DNA of 63,911 nt, the filler included, from Pelomyxa schiedti (taxonomy: Eukaryota; Protista; Evosea): assembly GCA_020536535.1 (NCBI GenBank). It is 15 parts of 15 records of this genome, joined end to end, with 100 filler letters (N's around TTAATTAATTAA, not from the genome) between each part and the next. Parts side by side here need not be neighbours in the genome. Positions count along the whole stretch, not along the records: positions 16,962 to 38,977 come from JAHLWZ010000250.1; positions 39,078 to 50,006 come from JAHLWZ010001251.1; 13 more parts are not named here. The stretch is one strand, 5' to 3'. Positions 34,901-50,106 of the stretch are shown piece after piece (positions within the stretch are counted from its first letter, which is position 1; each line of letters starts with the position of its first letter). The notes below the pieces were generated by a model. That model was not told the origin of the DNA and ran no database searches. It saw only the letters and a program-made list of their open reading frames with translations. The position numbers were made by a program, and so were the translations under genes.

Positions 34901-36078
34901 CGTCACTGCATGGGAGTCTGATAATGCACGTGTTATGAGGTACTAATGAAATCTTTCTTCCCTCCATTCTCGTCTGACCTCACGTAGTGTCGACTCAAAG
35001 GGAATGGGTACCGCCACAACAATTGGGCATGCTACTATTTCCAACAGACTTGGTTCCTCCCAGAGTGTAAGTGAGTTGGAATTCTTTCTCCAATTTGAAA
35101 TTATTACAGGTTACTGTAACCAAGATAACGAAGATAATCGTAGCTGTTGAATCACTAAGCCGTTTCCAGCACAAATTAACGTATGAAACATTGCTGCTAG
35201 TGAAATCTGAACAAAACAGGCTTCCAATTTTCTTTGAGGGACCAGGTGAACAGAGACTCACTCTTACTCCAAGTTCCCACATTGACCACAATATTGTGCA
35301 TGAGTGCATTGTTTCCGATATAAATATCATTGCGAAAGCTGAGGTGGACAGGAAAACAGGGGAGTATTCCTGTGTCCTAACAATTCCTGCAAGCTCCTCT
35401 GTATGGACTTCTCTCATTGATCACATTTCTCATTCCATGAAGCAAAACCAAGTTCAGCTTCTTGTTAAAGCGCATGATACACGCAAGACATACCAAATTG
35501 AAACCCACGAGACCGTTCCAATTAGGACAGGGTTCCGGATCTCCAATTGGAAGCCTGAGGTTCATTTTTTTTTTGTATGAGTTCAAAATTTACCTGTGAC
35601 AGGTCTGGCTGTCTTCTTCACAACGGTCATTTGTACTGGAAGTTCACCAAGCATCACCCACTTTTTACGTGGGCTCGTCAGATCCCTCGCGTGTGATGGT
35701 GCAAACAACACCATTTGATCCCGTAACTGGCAGGCTGCAAGTGCAAATTTGGGTTCCCGATGTAGTTAGTGCCTCATTTTCTGGTGTGACTGTTACTGCA
35801 AGTGATGTAGCTGAGCCTGGTCACACGGTACGTTAAAACCAACAAATTGAAACAGTTTTAACACCGTTTTCACAGGAAACAACTGTGATCCACTATGGGC
35901 AATCAATGGTGCCTCCTTCTTTCCCACAAACGGAATCGCAAGGTTTGTATCAACCACAGGTTTTCCCCGTGTCTAATATTCTCACCTTGAAGATGGTAGA
36001 GGAAGATCCTCTCTTTTCACAATTCTGGGAGTCATTGGTGGCCTCGCCTTTGCCTTGTGTCTCCGCAAAAGGAGATAG
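28905..36078 (+). CDS. NUP210: Nuclear pore membrane glycoprotein gp210/NUP210 (dozens of small introns)
   Basis: Signal peptide; MLLPF..LSATGGCFKW; LRCDVFVDSI..TTSRTM..DNMFSTVEGIQFDW; repeated Ig-like modules (ASGGSGDYNWNS; FDNCSSL); C-terminal TM LFTILGVIGGLAFALCL-RKRR*. Confidence 0.9.
34549..34615. mobile_element. Mini inverted-repeat insertion inside a NUP210 intron
   Basis: 8-bp inverted termini CAAAAGTG/CACTTTTG enclose hairpin AAGGGGGCG..CGCCCCTT; host intron is 95 nt versus ~45 nt for neighbours. Confidence 0.4.
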
Positions 36079-36284
36079 TGCTGGGAGTCATTTCTGCAGT
36101 GTTAATTAAGTTTTGGAGGGTTTTTTGGACAGCACCCTCCAGCATCACAACACCAACACCAAATAACAAAGAAAGAAAATCAAAACAATCCTTTCTACTG
36201 TCACCTTCGTCTCTTTTCGTTCATTCCTACAACTTCCGGCTTCTTTGGTTTTTATTTTTTTGGTCATGTGCTTCAGCTTCAACT

Positions 36285-36932
36285 TCAACTACGTAAATCC
36301 AGCCACATGAAGATAGCGGTGTCGGCCAAATGATGCAGGTACAGCTCCAGAAAGGGCACAAAGCCGAAGCTGGAGTAAAACGGGACCAGCTTTTTCTCAC
36401 ACCACAAATAGACAGCCGGCAGCTCTGTCTTTCTGGCAGTTATGGGTTGGTTGGCCAGCCTGGCCTCGTCGTTGTGGCTGCGGACCATCTGCAGGGCGCG
36501 CTGGACCAGGAGCCGGGCCACGCCGCGGCCGCGCCACCGCGGCACCACGAGGACGTTGACCAGCCACGTGCCGCCCTGCGCGACGCCCGGGGGGAAGTGG
36601 AAGCCCGCGATGCTGTCCGCCTCGTCGTCCACCCCCACCGTGCCGACTAGGTCCGCCGCCGCCCCCGCCGTGCCCTCCTCGCCCTCGGGGCAGCCCTCGC
36701 CGTCGCGTCTTGCGTCGTGGGCTGTGCTTGGCTTCAGTACAGCGACGAGCTCGAACGTGGGGCCGGGGCCGTCGCTGCAGCGGGGCGACAGAAAGTCGGC
36801 GGCTACGGCGTCAGGGGACGGCAGGCCGCAATCGATGAGGATATCGCCCCACTCGTCGAACACCAATCTGGCGACATGCGCAGCGTACCGTCGTCCTTTA
36901 CACCCCTTCAAACAATGCAAATCAATTTCCAT
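36285..36932 (-). CDS. GNAT-family acetyltransferase (intronless, GC-rich)
   Basis: WLVNVLVVPRWRGRGVARLLV (motif A); LVPFYSSFGF. Confidence 0.9.
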   Translation of the reverse strand: MEIDLHCLKGCKGRRYAAHVARLVFDEWGDILIDCGLPSPDAVAADFLSPRCSDGPGPTFELVAVLKPSTAHDARRDGEGCPEGEEGTAGAAADLVGTVGVDDEADSIAGFHFPPGVAQGGTWLVNVLVVPRWRGRGVARLLVQRALQMVRSHNDEARLANQPITARKTELPAVYLWCEKKLVPFYSSFGFVPFLELYLHHLADTAIFMWLDLRS

Positions 36933-37172
36933 TACAACAATCACACTTCATTTAGAAGAACCCCGACGTAATTAACTACAAGAATTCATGCCTATTTCTT
37001 GAAACGCGTATAAGATGGCATGTCAATGCAACTGCGACATGTCAATCCAAACAAGGAATTCCGAAAACGGAATTTCTTTCCTTTATAAGGTTGACACCGA
37101 CCTGTCAAACCAAAAATAAAATACAAGCAACCGAAAGCGACAAACAAATAAAAATTTTAAGTTGGGTGACAA

Positions 37173-38618
37173 ATGAGTAGAGCAGTGGAAGAAGTAGTGG
37201 CCGTCGATGACTTCAATGACATGAACCTAAACGAAGAATTGTTGAGGTAATACAGTGTGTTTTTTTTTTTTTTTGTACTTATGGTTTCTGTAGAGGAATA
37301 TACAACTACGGCTTTGAAAAGCCTTCAATGATCCAACAGAAAGCAATACGCCCTCTGTGTGAAGGCCGCGACGTAATTGCGCAAGCTCAATCTGGAACAG
37401 GCAAAACAGGCGCCTTTACTATTGGAGCTCTGCAAAGGGTGGACCCAAATGCTGAAGGATGCCAAGCTCTATTTCTATCTCCTACAAGGGAGCTTGCTAA
37501 TCAGACGTACTCTGTATGTAATTAGTGGCTTTTTTCCTTTCATACAAACCTTAAATTCGATGCAGGTCATTTCAGATATAGGCCAGAGACTGCCTATTTC
37601 TTTTGCTTTGTTTATTGGAGGTATTGGGATCAACGCAAGTGATGCTCGGAACTGTAAAGTGGCTGTAGGAACACCAGGCCGGGTGTTTGATATGATATAC
37701 AGAGGCTTCCTTGATCCGCGGACTATAAAAATTCTCATTTTGGATGAAGCTGATCAGCTCTTGGACAGGTTTTTTTAGCCTTTTGAATTCCCCCTGTAAT
37801 TCTTCACAGGAATTTCAAAGAGCAACTCTATGATATTTTTCAAGCTCTCCCACGCCAAGTTCAGGTTGGGTTATTCTCGGCCACAATGCCGCCTGAAGCC
37901 ATTGAGATAACCCACAAGTTCATGAACGATCCTGTAGAAATTCTAGTCAAGGCCGAGGAATTGACTCTGGTGGGAATGAGGCAGTATTACATAGATGTTG
38001 AACGAGAAGACGCAAGTGTGTAATAATGCACTTAATATAATTAATCTCTAACTGTCTGCCTAGAACTTGACACTCTTTGCGACTTGTATGACACCCTGAG
38101 TATCTCCCAATCAGTTATATTTGCAAATTCCTGCAGAAAAGTACAATTCATTGCTGACCAGCTCCACCAGCGACACTTTACAGGTCAGTTTAAGATCAAA
38201 TCCCCGTGTTGATTCAATACGGTAACCCATATAACAGTATCTTGCACCCACAGCCAGCTGAGTCCAAAAGAGAGGATGTCAATTCTTAAAGACTTCAGGT
38301 CTGGCCATACGAGAATCCTCATATCCACCGATGTACTGGCAAGGGGAATAGATGTGCAACAAGTCTCCCTCGTTATCAACTATGACCTCCCCCTAGACCC
38401 TGAGACCTACATCCACAGGTATTTATAACAATGCTATTGAATTGTTGTATACAAGTTCTAAACACACTCACAGGATTGGACGCAGTGCCAGGTTTGGCAG
38501 GAAAGGCGTAGCTGTGAACTTCGCAACATCAAGAGATGAAACCAAACTACGCCAACTGGAGAAAATGTATGACACCTCCATCGTCCCTATGCCAACCAAC
38601 ATAGCCGATTTCCTGTAA
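37173..38618 (+). CDS. EIF4A: DEAD-box RNA helicase, eIF4A-like (7 exons)
   Basis: YGFEKPS.IQQ; AQSGTGKT; SPTRELA; GTPGRVFDM; DEAD; SAT; [19 protein letters not shown]; [10 protein letters not shown]. Confidence 0.93.
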
Positions 38619-38710
38619 ATACGTATAAATAAATTTGCTTTGGAGTTCTGTAAAAAGGAAAAAGAAAAAAAAAACCAAAACCAAATCAATCAACTTGTTC
38701 TGAACGAGTG

Positions 38711-38945
38711 ATGAGCTCTTCAAGCGGCGTATCGGTGATCGTTGCGTTCGACTCTGTGACAGGACACACACAGGCCATGGCCCAGGCCGTTGTGGCCGGC
38801 GTCGCCTCCGTTCCTGGCGTAACTCCCCTGCTGCGAAAAATCCCAGCGGAGCCCGGCACACTCGTGGCTGAGTTGCCTGCCGCTGCCGGTCTCATTATTG
38901 GTAACAAATATCAAATACCGGTTTACCTCACCAGACCCTATGCCC

Positions 38946-38977
<32 letters not shown>
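38711..38977 (+). CDS. Flavodoxin-like / WrbA-type NAD(P)H:quinone oxidoreductase, first exon (truncated)
   Basis: VIVAFDSVTGHTQAMAQAVVAGV (FMN P-loop S-x-T-G-H-T)..AAGLIIG followed by a GT donor. Confidence 0.75.
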
Positions 38978-39296
38978 NNNNNNNNNNNNNNNNNNNNNNN
39001 NNNNNNNNNNNNNNNNNNNNNTTAATTAATTAANNNNNNNNNNNNNNNNNNNNNNNNNNNNNNNNNNNNNNNNNNNNCCCCACACCCACTACTCAAACAA
39101 CACCAGACACTAAGGACTCTTGATCAAATTCCTCAATCAAATTAATTTACTTTTAGCAGTTATCTTAAAGTCGTGCGACAACGCAACCGAAAAACCGCTT
39201 CACCAGCAGAACTCCCGCTATTTTCATTGCGAGCGAAAATCGTTTTTGCGTCCGCGCTGGGAGCGAAATCCACAAATTCATTCACCTATTTCGCTT

Positions 39297-40727
39297 ATGG
39301 CATCCAACCCATATCTGGTGACGGGACTTGGCGGCGGCACTCTGGTGAGGTGTCAAGGGTGAGCGTGTTTTTCGTGGAGAATTGGTGTGTTGGTGGCGTG
39401 TTTTTGGTTGCCATTTGGTGCACTCTCACACAGTCTCAGGTCCCTAGCTGGAAAACAATTTCTTGTGAGAAAATGTTTGGTATTTCCTCTTTTTTCCCCT
39501 TACACAGCTCTACGATGTTAGTTACGAATATAGGAGAGTGTAATTTGTATATGCGACCACACATGTTGCACAACTGTTGATGACTGCACTAATTGCAAGT
39601 TCTTTGTGGGACCAGTGGAAGGCAGGTTTGTGCTACAGTGAGGCTGGCAATGCCTAATGAATCCCATCAGTTTCTTCATTCGCAATTGCAAAGATTGTAT
39701 ATTCGTTGTGGCATGCCAACAATTCAGGTAAAAAAAATCTCCTTTGGTAGCATTCAATAGTGTAAACAGAGCCAAGGGTTGCCAGGGTTGCAGTGTAATG
39801 CTATTTTGTGAAACTTCTCCGTCACTTGAGGACTCTCTGGGGATGCAATTTGGTTGTTTTAGGGGATCATATCCAGGAATTCTTGGTAAATTGAAGTTTC
39901 CTTACAATAACATGTCTCAGATACACAAAACGTTCCACGACAACCTAAATGCAAATAAAAAAAAAATCTCCAGAGCACTTCTCAGCAGCCAACATGGATG
40001 TGTTTAAGAACGATTGGAGCAGTGTGAATGACTTCACTCCAAATAAAACTGTGCCAAACTGGTCATTTCTCCATCCTGTTTGTTCTTTGTTCATTCCGCA
40101 GTGAACCTTAATTTTCCTTCCAGAATGTGGGTTTACCAGTGGAACTTTCCGCTTTCCCTGACCCAATTGGACAACAAGGAGGAAACATTGTGCCACTTTC
40201 CTGGGGGAAGCGGCCATTACCACATGAGGAAATAATGGTACACTTCCTTCTGCTATTTGGCATTAGAACTCACCCAACTAGTAGAAGAATCTTCTTGTTG
40301 TACCCTTCAGTAATACGAATGACGCTCTGCATTCGCTCCATGAACTGGAGGTGAAAATACACGCTAAAGAATGCTATTTTAATACCCCACTGTTTCAGGC
40401 AATTATCACAATCATCACAATGAAAAAGAAGCCCAGCTTTTCCAAATCCATGATTTCAAGGACTCTATCAGTCACTGAAGGAACACAGATGATTCCTTCT
40501 GAACTTTTTGGCTCAGGCACACCACACGAAAACCAACAAGACCTTACATATTGATAGATACCCTTGGAATTGCATTCTATTTTTCTGATACCACCATCCC
40601 AGAGGCAGAATCTATTTTGACAGTAACCAACATTCTCAGCCGGCTTGGTGTTGCACCTTTTGGCGTTTCCAGCCCACGATTGGACCTGGAACTTCACAGA
40701 AAGTTATCTTCCTTGTACTGCATCTAA
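39297..40727 (+). CDS. RP2: XRP2/RP2-like ARL3 GAP (TBCC beta-helix domain)
   Basis: [68 protein letters not shown]. Confidence 0.85.
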
Positions 40728-40995
40728 TTTCCAAGGCATTATTAAATGCTTGTCTGGTTCCTTCGTACCAATGTGAAATCACAAGTTTTTACTGCCAAAA
40801 AAAAAGGTTCCCGATCGGTGCAGTTCGAGCGATACAGTCCCCCAGTAACTATCAACGATGTCCAGACATAAAAATGATGGAAGTAGTCCAACAAAATCAT
40901 GGTTGGTTCACTGAGTTCGTTTCCGGATCTGCTAACGAGAAATCCAAACGAAGAAGGAACGAACGCGGAAAAAAAAATAAAAGCAAAGGCGACAC

Positions 40996-43936
40996 ATGAG
41001 GCTTCAGAGACTTGTGGGAACACTGAGAAGCAGCAGCCACACGCTGTTACCACCTCCGAGTACTTGCCAATTCCCATCACATTCCGTTTTCTTTTGTTTG
41101 GCGTTTTTTTTCCCCTGTTGTCAACCATGCGTTGTCGTGACCGTTTTTTCCCCCACATTAAATTTTTTTTAAGGGCACATTTTGGAGGAGCACGAGGGCT
41201 TGAGTAGCTCTCTGAGTTCGTCATCAGAAAATGGCGAGAGTTCGGAGCCCACCTCCCCCCATAATTTCAGCCCCACTGCCACCGGCCCGGCTGACGATGC
41301 CAGGCGGTCGCCCACTCCCACCCCGCGGCAGTACCCCCAGGCTCCCGAAATAGACCCTGAGCCCCCAGTCCAACTGACCCTGCCATCACCGCCCTCATTC
41401 CCACCTCCAATTCCACCCCCTGACCTCAATGACATTTGTGCAATGTGCAACTTTGTCAATTTGGATTCCAGCGACGCAAGTTCCTCAACTGGTAATAGCA
41501 ATATTGCCACGTCACAGAATACGAATAGCAATAGCACTGCTGTCAGCAGTAATATCAGTATCAGTAATAACAATGTCAGTACAAACACAATGGGCACAAC
41601 ACCCTCTTGGGCGGCATCAAAACATCCTACACAACAGCATAGAGTCTCTGAAACTACCAGGTTGGGTGCACATTACCATTCGTCCCCACAGACATCAACA
41701 CCTCTGAGATTGAGCTCAAGTTGCATTGAGTGTTCTCATGCTGAGCCTTCAGCGTGCAATGCAGAGAAATGTTCCATATTTGGAGATAGTTCAGTACCTG
41801 TTGCCGATAACGTACAAAGCATACCTGCTATTACTATAACCACTTCTTGTATTAATTCTGGATGTATGAGCCCACCAGCACTGTGCAGCCCAAGGAATCA
41901 GACCCCACGGCATCTTTATCATACAGTGAGTTTTTTTTATTATTCGAATTAATTTATGTTTTTTTTTTTTTTTAAATCACTGCCACACATAGGTAGTTGG
42001 GTGCCCGCCAATATTGTGTCTCCCGTCACCTGAGGTAAACTATGCTCAAACCTTTCTGGAAACATAGTTTGTTTCTCACTGTATGCAGGGGTATGAAAGT
42101 TTCCCTCTGGAAGAGGCCAAGTATTTTGAAGAATTTCCCTTGTATCACACTGCATTTGAGGAACCTGATTCTGAGAGTAATGTACAATGGATGAAAACTG
42201 AATTTTCACAGGTTCGCCTTAATTTACTCATAAATTCATGTTTACTATGGTTTAGTATATCATAAGAGGAGGGACGGTATTTAAGCTCGTTCAATTTCTG
42301 ACCCACCCATATGAAAGTGGTAATCCAGGATATCTGTGAGGTCTCATTGCCTAACCTTACCCCCAGACCTTGAGTTTACACAAGCATTTTTAACCTCGTA
42401 CCATGCATTCGTTTCTGGCCCAGAACTACTCGATATGCTCTTGGCCAGGTAACTTGCGTCTAAACCGCGTACGCTTTCAAACTCCACAAGATTCTTTATG
42501 AGGAAGCCTGTTTTGATGGAGGCACTGGCGTTTGATTGTATTAGATCTCGAATTCGGCTGAAGTGTGACTACTATCTTTGTGGGGAACCTAACCCAAGCA
42601 AAAGGGTGGTGAGTGTACTAAAGCATTGGGTAAAGTTATATTTTCACGGAGAATGGTCACAATCAGAAGAATCAGACATGGTACTAAAGATTGTTCATCT
42701 TTTAGATGTGTTTTCTTCCACCTGCGCTGCAGCCTCTTCTGTTCTCAATTCCATTGAATTACTGGTGCATTCCCACTCAAATACAATACTGGAGAATAAC
42801 ACCTCATACTGACTGAAATCCAAGCAAAAAGAACGTGTTACTGGTTATGGAGCAGAAGAACAGCAAGAAATTTCTCCACCTGTCATTAGTCTCTGCGAGG
42901 CACCTCATTCTGTTCTTGATATTCACCCTGAAGAGTTGGCAAGGCAAATTATGCTACGAGAGTGGGAAATGCTTGCCCGGATCCACCCAAAAGGTATGAT
43001 ACTAATTTCATTCAGTTTTCATCATTTTCCAATAGAACTTGTCAAACAATCTTGGAATAAACCAACTCTGAAAGAAAAAGAAGCACCAAATATAACCCGA
43101 TTTATTGAAGAAACAAACAAGGTAACTCGAAAACGAGTGACCAGATCCCACATTCCTAATTTCAGTTCTTCTGAACAGCTCACACTGTGGGTTATCAATG
43201 AGATACTACATTTTGAGCAACCACCACAAAGGGCACTTGCAATTCATAGATTTATTCTCACTGTTGATGTAAGTTTTTCAAACACATCACTTACCTCCTC
43301 GGATGGAAAAACAAACACACCTCTTAGGCATGCCTTCAAATGAGAAGTTTTAATGCCGCAATGGGGCTCACTTTTGCTCTGCAAGACTGTGCTATCCACA
43401 GACTAAAGCACACTTGGAATGTAACCTGTTCTCTCTGGTTTCTGTTGCCAATTAATGAGATTTTTTTAGCTGCTACCTCCATCTTCCCTGCAAATGTTTC
43501 AACGAAACAGTCTTACTCTTGAAACTACCAATAACTTCCAAAATTACCGTGACGTGCTCAAAATCTCAGTTCCGCCATGCGTTCCATGTCTTGGTACTTC
43601 CCACCAAAAACCCTGAGACTATTGAATGAAATAAAGGCGTTGCTCTGAAGGATATTGTATTTGCCAGTGATGGTAACCCAGCACACATACCAGGAACTTC
43701 ATTAATCAATTTTGCTAAATACCGCAGCACATCTAAAATCACCGTGTAAGAGAGAACATATCTTAACATTTCTTCTTAGTTTTTTCCTTTGTAGCACCCT
43801 TGGACAGTTCCAGAGACAGAAACCGTTCTTTGAAAAACTTACAGCATGCCAGGAATTATTTGGGCAAGTATCTCCTATGACTCAAGACCAAGCCTATGAT
43901 CGTAGTGTTATACTGGAAGTACCCAGACAAAAGTAA
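40996..43936 (+). CDS. RasGEF (REM + CDC25 domains); start uncertain
   Basis: GTVFKLV..FTQAFLTSYHAF; RVVSVLKHWV; DIHPEELARQI; APNITRFIEETN..WVINEIL; SFNAAM..AIHRLKHTW; PPCVPCLG..LKDIVF..DGNP..LINFAK. Confidence 0.9.
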
Positions 43937-44073
43937 TTTACCCTCAGCAAATTATTATTAAAAATAAGCAAGTGTGGACCCCGGAACTATAGCTGGATGG
44001 GAGAGAGCAGCGAAGGTTACTCTTTTTCTATTAATCCCGCCCTTATACACTTGTAGGATTTGCTTAAACGGGA

Positions 44074-46854
44074 TCAGTCCCTTCTGAACAAGGCCAAGAA
44101 AGCGGCTCTCAAGGCCTCTGACTGATGTTTGATATTTTTATCTGTAAATACTACTACTTGTACAGTGGCCTGTAATGCTACTACAACTTTAGTTTTAAAA
44201 AAAAAAATTTTTTTGGACAATTTTTTTTTTTCAATTTGCTCAACAAGACAATTGACAATGTTGTGGTACAGCACTTTATTGGCACCCTCAATTAGTCCAC
44301 ATGGTAAAGTGAACACAATCGAGCACTTAGCTGTGGTCCAACGCCCCTGTTGGAATGTGGAGGTGGAGGAACTGTTCTGTGGAGTAAGTCTTTTCTTTGC
44401 TTGTCGGATTCACATTCACCCAAGGCGTTGATGATAGCCTGGGGGGTTGGGTACACTTCACAGATGGAGGATGTCAAGGCCGAGTTGCATAGAGGGATCT
44501 GTAGTAACTGCATCGCGAATACACCTCCTATTGATGCTTTCCAGCCACCAGCTGTGCCATATCTGGCGCAGGTGTCATTGAATTCATCGAACGTTGGTTG
44601 TCCCACAGCAAAGTGCTTGGCATCAATAGCCGCCTCACTGGTCCCAATCTCATTTTGCATGTACCTTGTGGAAAGAAGTCAACATATTCATATTCTGACT
44701 GTAATTATCTAGAAGCAAAGGGGCCACTTACTTGGTTATACAATAGATATAAGATACTGTCTCTTCAATACACTTCGTTGTAACAACATGGAAGTGGTCA
44801 TAATATTGTGTGTGTGACATCGCGTTGTCAATTGTGAACGGAGGTAGACCTATGATGATTAAGTCTTGTTGGCTTGATTTTCCAAAACTTTCAACCTTTG
44901 AACTTAGGGCCAGTGATCCGCTCTAGAGGACCTTCAATCAGGTAGATAACATTGGAAATGCCGCAATTTTTCAGTCTGAACTTTTGTTCCCGGTAACTAT
45001 ACAAATATGAAAATGAAACAGATAAGTTAGAAACTTGTGAGTGGTTGTGGAAGGCATGCTTTTATGTGTACCGCGATCCCTGGATGCTGCTTACTAGGTC
45101 GTCTATTTTCTTTCTTTCAATGATGCAATTCAATACATACAACAGACCACTACTTGTGCGTCCAACCCACATTCTGAAGGCATATGGTTAGTTGAAGTTA
45201 GCCTTTGGAACTATGCTTACACATCCCCCAGTGAGAGTTTCTGCATCGTGCATGCCACTCCTCGCGTAGCTAGTTGTCTGTGTAAATAATCTCTGTCTTG
45301 GCTACTTCCTATTTCCCGTGTGTCCAGTAAAACTTCAACAGACATTGGCCCAGTGATAGTTGTTGGGTGTGCGTCACATGAAGCATGTGACAAAGATGCC
45401 TGTGGGAGACAAAAATCAAATTCCGGGCACGACATCATTGGTGATTGTGAGAGTGCAGGTGGTTCCACATGGTCAGGGATGGACTGCAGATTCAGGTCAC
45501 GTGAGCTGAGATCTTTAGTTTTCGTATGGGTGGTAGTGTCCAATGGCAAACAAGGAGGAGTTTGATTTACTTGGTCTACATTACTTGTGAGAAGCTTTTC
45601 AGTGAAGTAAGTTGGAATAACCTGGAGAACTAGCCTCAACACGTCTAGATTTTAAGAAGGCAGCAGTTTGCTCCCCTGCACAAGTCAGAACAAGGATTTG
45701 GAGGCATTTAAAGACCTTCTGCAGTGAGGAAAAAAATGGGTGGGTTGCAAGCTCTATAAACAAGACCCTTTTCAATCAACTGTTTGATCGAGTTCCAGGC
45801 CGTGTAACCAAACCCAGTTGATGCCTGGGGTAGAAGTGAGTGTAAGGAAATGGGAAAAGGGAAATCACTGGTTGGCAAAATGATGACGAACAGTACTGAG
45901 AAGCTTTATCAATGACTTGATGCTTTCGTAAAGCAGTGGCTTGAGATACACTACCCACGTCATGAAGAGCTAGTAAGATGGAATAACCCCCTAACTGAAG
46001 GCTTAAAATGAAGGAGAAAGCAGGTTCCGACTAACCAGAACCAGCTCGTGGCATGTATTGCTGAGGTGCTGCCTGTCTTCTTCTTTTTGGAGCACTGGGG
46101 CGTGTGTCCCCATTCGGGATACTGGAGGATGTATTTGTAGTTGACTCTGAAGAAGAGTTATCATTATGACTGCGTTTGGGTCTGCTGGAACTATCATTAG
46201 CCACATCAAATGCTCCAGTATTATTGCTCGCAACAGATGCAACTTGTGTCTGATTTTTGGAAATAACAGTATTTGTTGTAAGCTCAGTTGTCTTGGTTGT
46301 TGTGCTCTTCGAAATGGATTGGACTGTCGTTGTTGTGGTTAATGGTACATTACAGCGTTGGGAGTAGCTTCCACTTTGCGGGGAGTTATGGGAGGAGGGA
46401 GGCTTGGTTTTCCCCAACTGAGGCTGACTCTGCGATTGAGGGTGAGAGCGAGGTTGAGTCCGGAGTTGCGGTGTGGGTTGAATTTGGAGCGGCGGCGGCG
46501 GCCTCAAAGAGGGAGGTTTAAGAACGGGCGGACTAACAACTTGTTGTTGGGGTGGCGCTCTGGTAGATAAGAAGGAATCAATCTGTGAAACAACGAAGTC
46601 GCCGACGCCCGCCAAAACTCGGGCATCGTCGCCGCTTTCGATAGGAAGAGGGTATCTTGTCACCGATTGTACCGCCTTTCCAAACACAGAGTCAATACGA
46701 TACGAGGAAAAGAAACCGGCGGACAGCATACACGTTCAAACACACGGGCGAAACGATAATTGCTTTGTGACCGGGCAGAGATCTCTCGTTGTCGCAAAAA
46801 CTCGGCTAACGGCGCATTAAGTTCCTCCGCACACGCGATCCGATCGGCGCTCAT
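44074..46854 (-). CDS. MUS81: Crossover-junction endonuclease MUS81
   Basis: N-terminal HhH RYPLPIESG..LAGVG; winged helix YMPRAGSGGYSILLAL; ERCC4 domain LLDTRE..LSLGD..IIERKKIDDL..YREQKFRL..IYLIEG; C-terminal FAMQLLQI..YPTP..VGPQLS. Confidence 0.93.
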
Positions 46855-47068
46855 TATTTCCTCTTTTTAGAAAAACGAAGAAACAAAGTAATTTGGCAGA
46901 TCTACAAAATCCCTTCAGAACTCACATCAGCTGGCGCCAGGGTGAGGGAGAAGACGGCGGCAGGGATATGATGCCATACATTGTGGCCGAGGGATTCCTC
47001 ACTGAAGCCCAGAGCGCATCCAGAGTTCACAGTTGTAGATCTTAATTAAACAGCTTTTGCTCGGAGCG

Positions 47069-48951
<1,883 letters not shown>

Positions 48952-49112
48952 AACTGAAATTAAGAACATGCCCTTCAAACCATATCTTTTAGCTGTTACC
49001 TTGGAAGGTCAATGTTTGTACCAAATTAACCATCCCCCGCTGAATAGAACTCGGCAATCATCATTCTTCCAGTACCTAAATTGCCCAATTTTACAGAAGA
49101 GACACTCCCAAC

Positions 49113-49731
49113 GATGTGGAACAACGTGGACGACCGCGACGAGCAAATAGCCGCACTGTCGGCGGAGCGCGACGCGCTGCAGACGGCAATCGACACGCGG
49201 GACCGCGCGGACTCGGAGAAGGCGGCGGAGGAGCAGCGGGCGCGGCTGCGCGCCGCCGTCCGCCGGCTGTGGCTCGCGCGCGACGGCCGCGCGGCGGACG
49301 AGTTCGCCGACGAGTACATGCCCAGGGTCGCGGGGGGGTCGATCCCCGACCGCTCCCAGCGCGCCAGGTTCAGGGAGTGGCTCGAGGGACGCAAGAAGGG
49401 CCCCTGGGACGACGAGATCGAGAAGGTCGTGGGCGAGTGGCTGCGCCACGAGGCCGGAAGGAGGAGGAGCAGGAGCAGGAACGAGCAGGAGCAGCAGCAG
49501 CAACAAGGGGGAGGAGAGGGGGAGGCAGCCAACGAGGCGGAGGCGGCCGAGGACGACGGGGAGATGACGCAGGAGGAGCTGGCGGCGCTGGAGGCCCAGC
49601 TGCACCTCGGAGTCGAGGAAATGGAGGACCTGGCCGGGGAGGCCGAGAAGCTGCTGTCCGCGTATGGGTCTGCAAGAAGACCACGGCTAGATTCTTCGGG
49701 AATGGACAAATCTGTGTGTCCCTGTTCATAG
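49113..49731 (+). CDS. Hypothetical helical/coiled-coil protein (intronless, GC-rich)
   Basis: Open frame with strong GC3 bias, flanked by AT-rich DNA. Confidence 0.55.
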
Positions 49732-50106
49732 GAATTTTTCTTTGATCTTCAGTTTCATTTTAATTCTTTCAGTGAATTGTTGTTGTGGATGGATGCCATG
49801 GACTGAACTTATACTACTTGGTACTAATTCCTCATTTTTTCCAATTGTTTTACTGTGCATGTAGTATTCTAAATACCTGCATGACATGGTCCTGCCTATC
49901 CTTGTTGGCAGATTTTTTGCTTCACCTTCCCTCTGAGTATGAAGATTGGGGAGAATGCATGAAGTGCAATCTTAAAATGGAACAGTTTCGTCACTTGGTG
50001 GGCAACNNNNNNNNNNNNNNNNNNNNNNNNNNNNNNNNNNNNNNNNNNNNTTAATTAATTAANNNNNNNNNNNNNNNNNNNNNNNNNNNNNNNNNNNNNN
50101 NNNNNN

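Noticed and set aside
28905-36078. Frequent in-frame stops in conserved genes suggesting an alternative genetic code
   Set aside because: In the genes I traced (eIF4A-like, DUSP12, PDE, parts of NUP210, LSG1) the stops fall in short GT/GC-AG introns, and TAA, TAG and TGA all serve as true terminators.
49009-49745. Multiple long overlapping ORFs on both strands (also 14146-15294, 19658-20278, 63091-63777)
   Set aside because: Expected shadow ORFs in GC-rich, stop-poor sequence.
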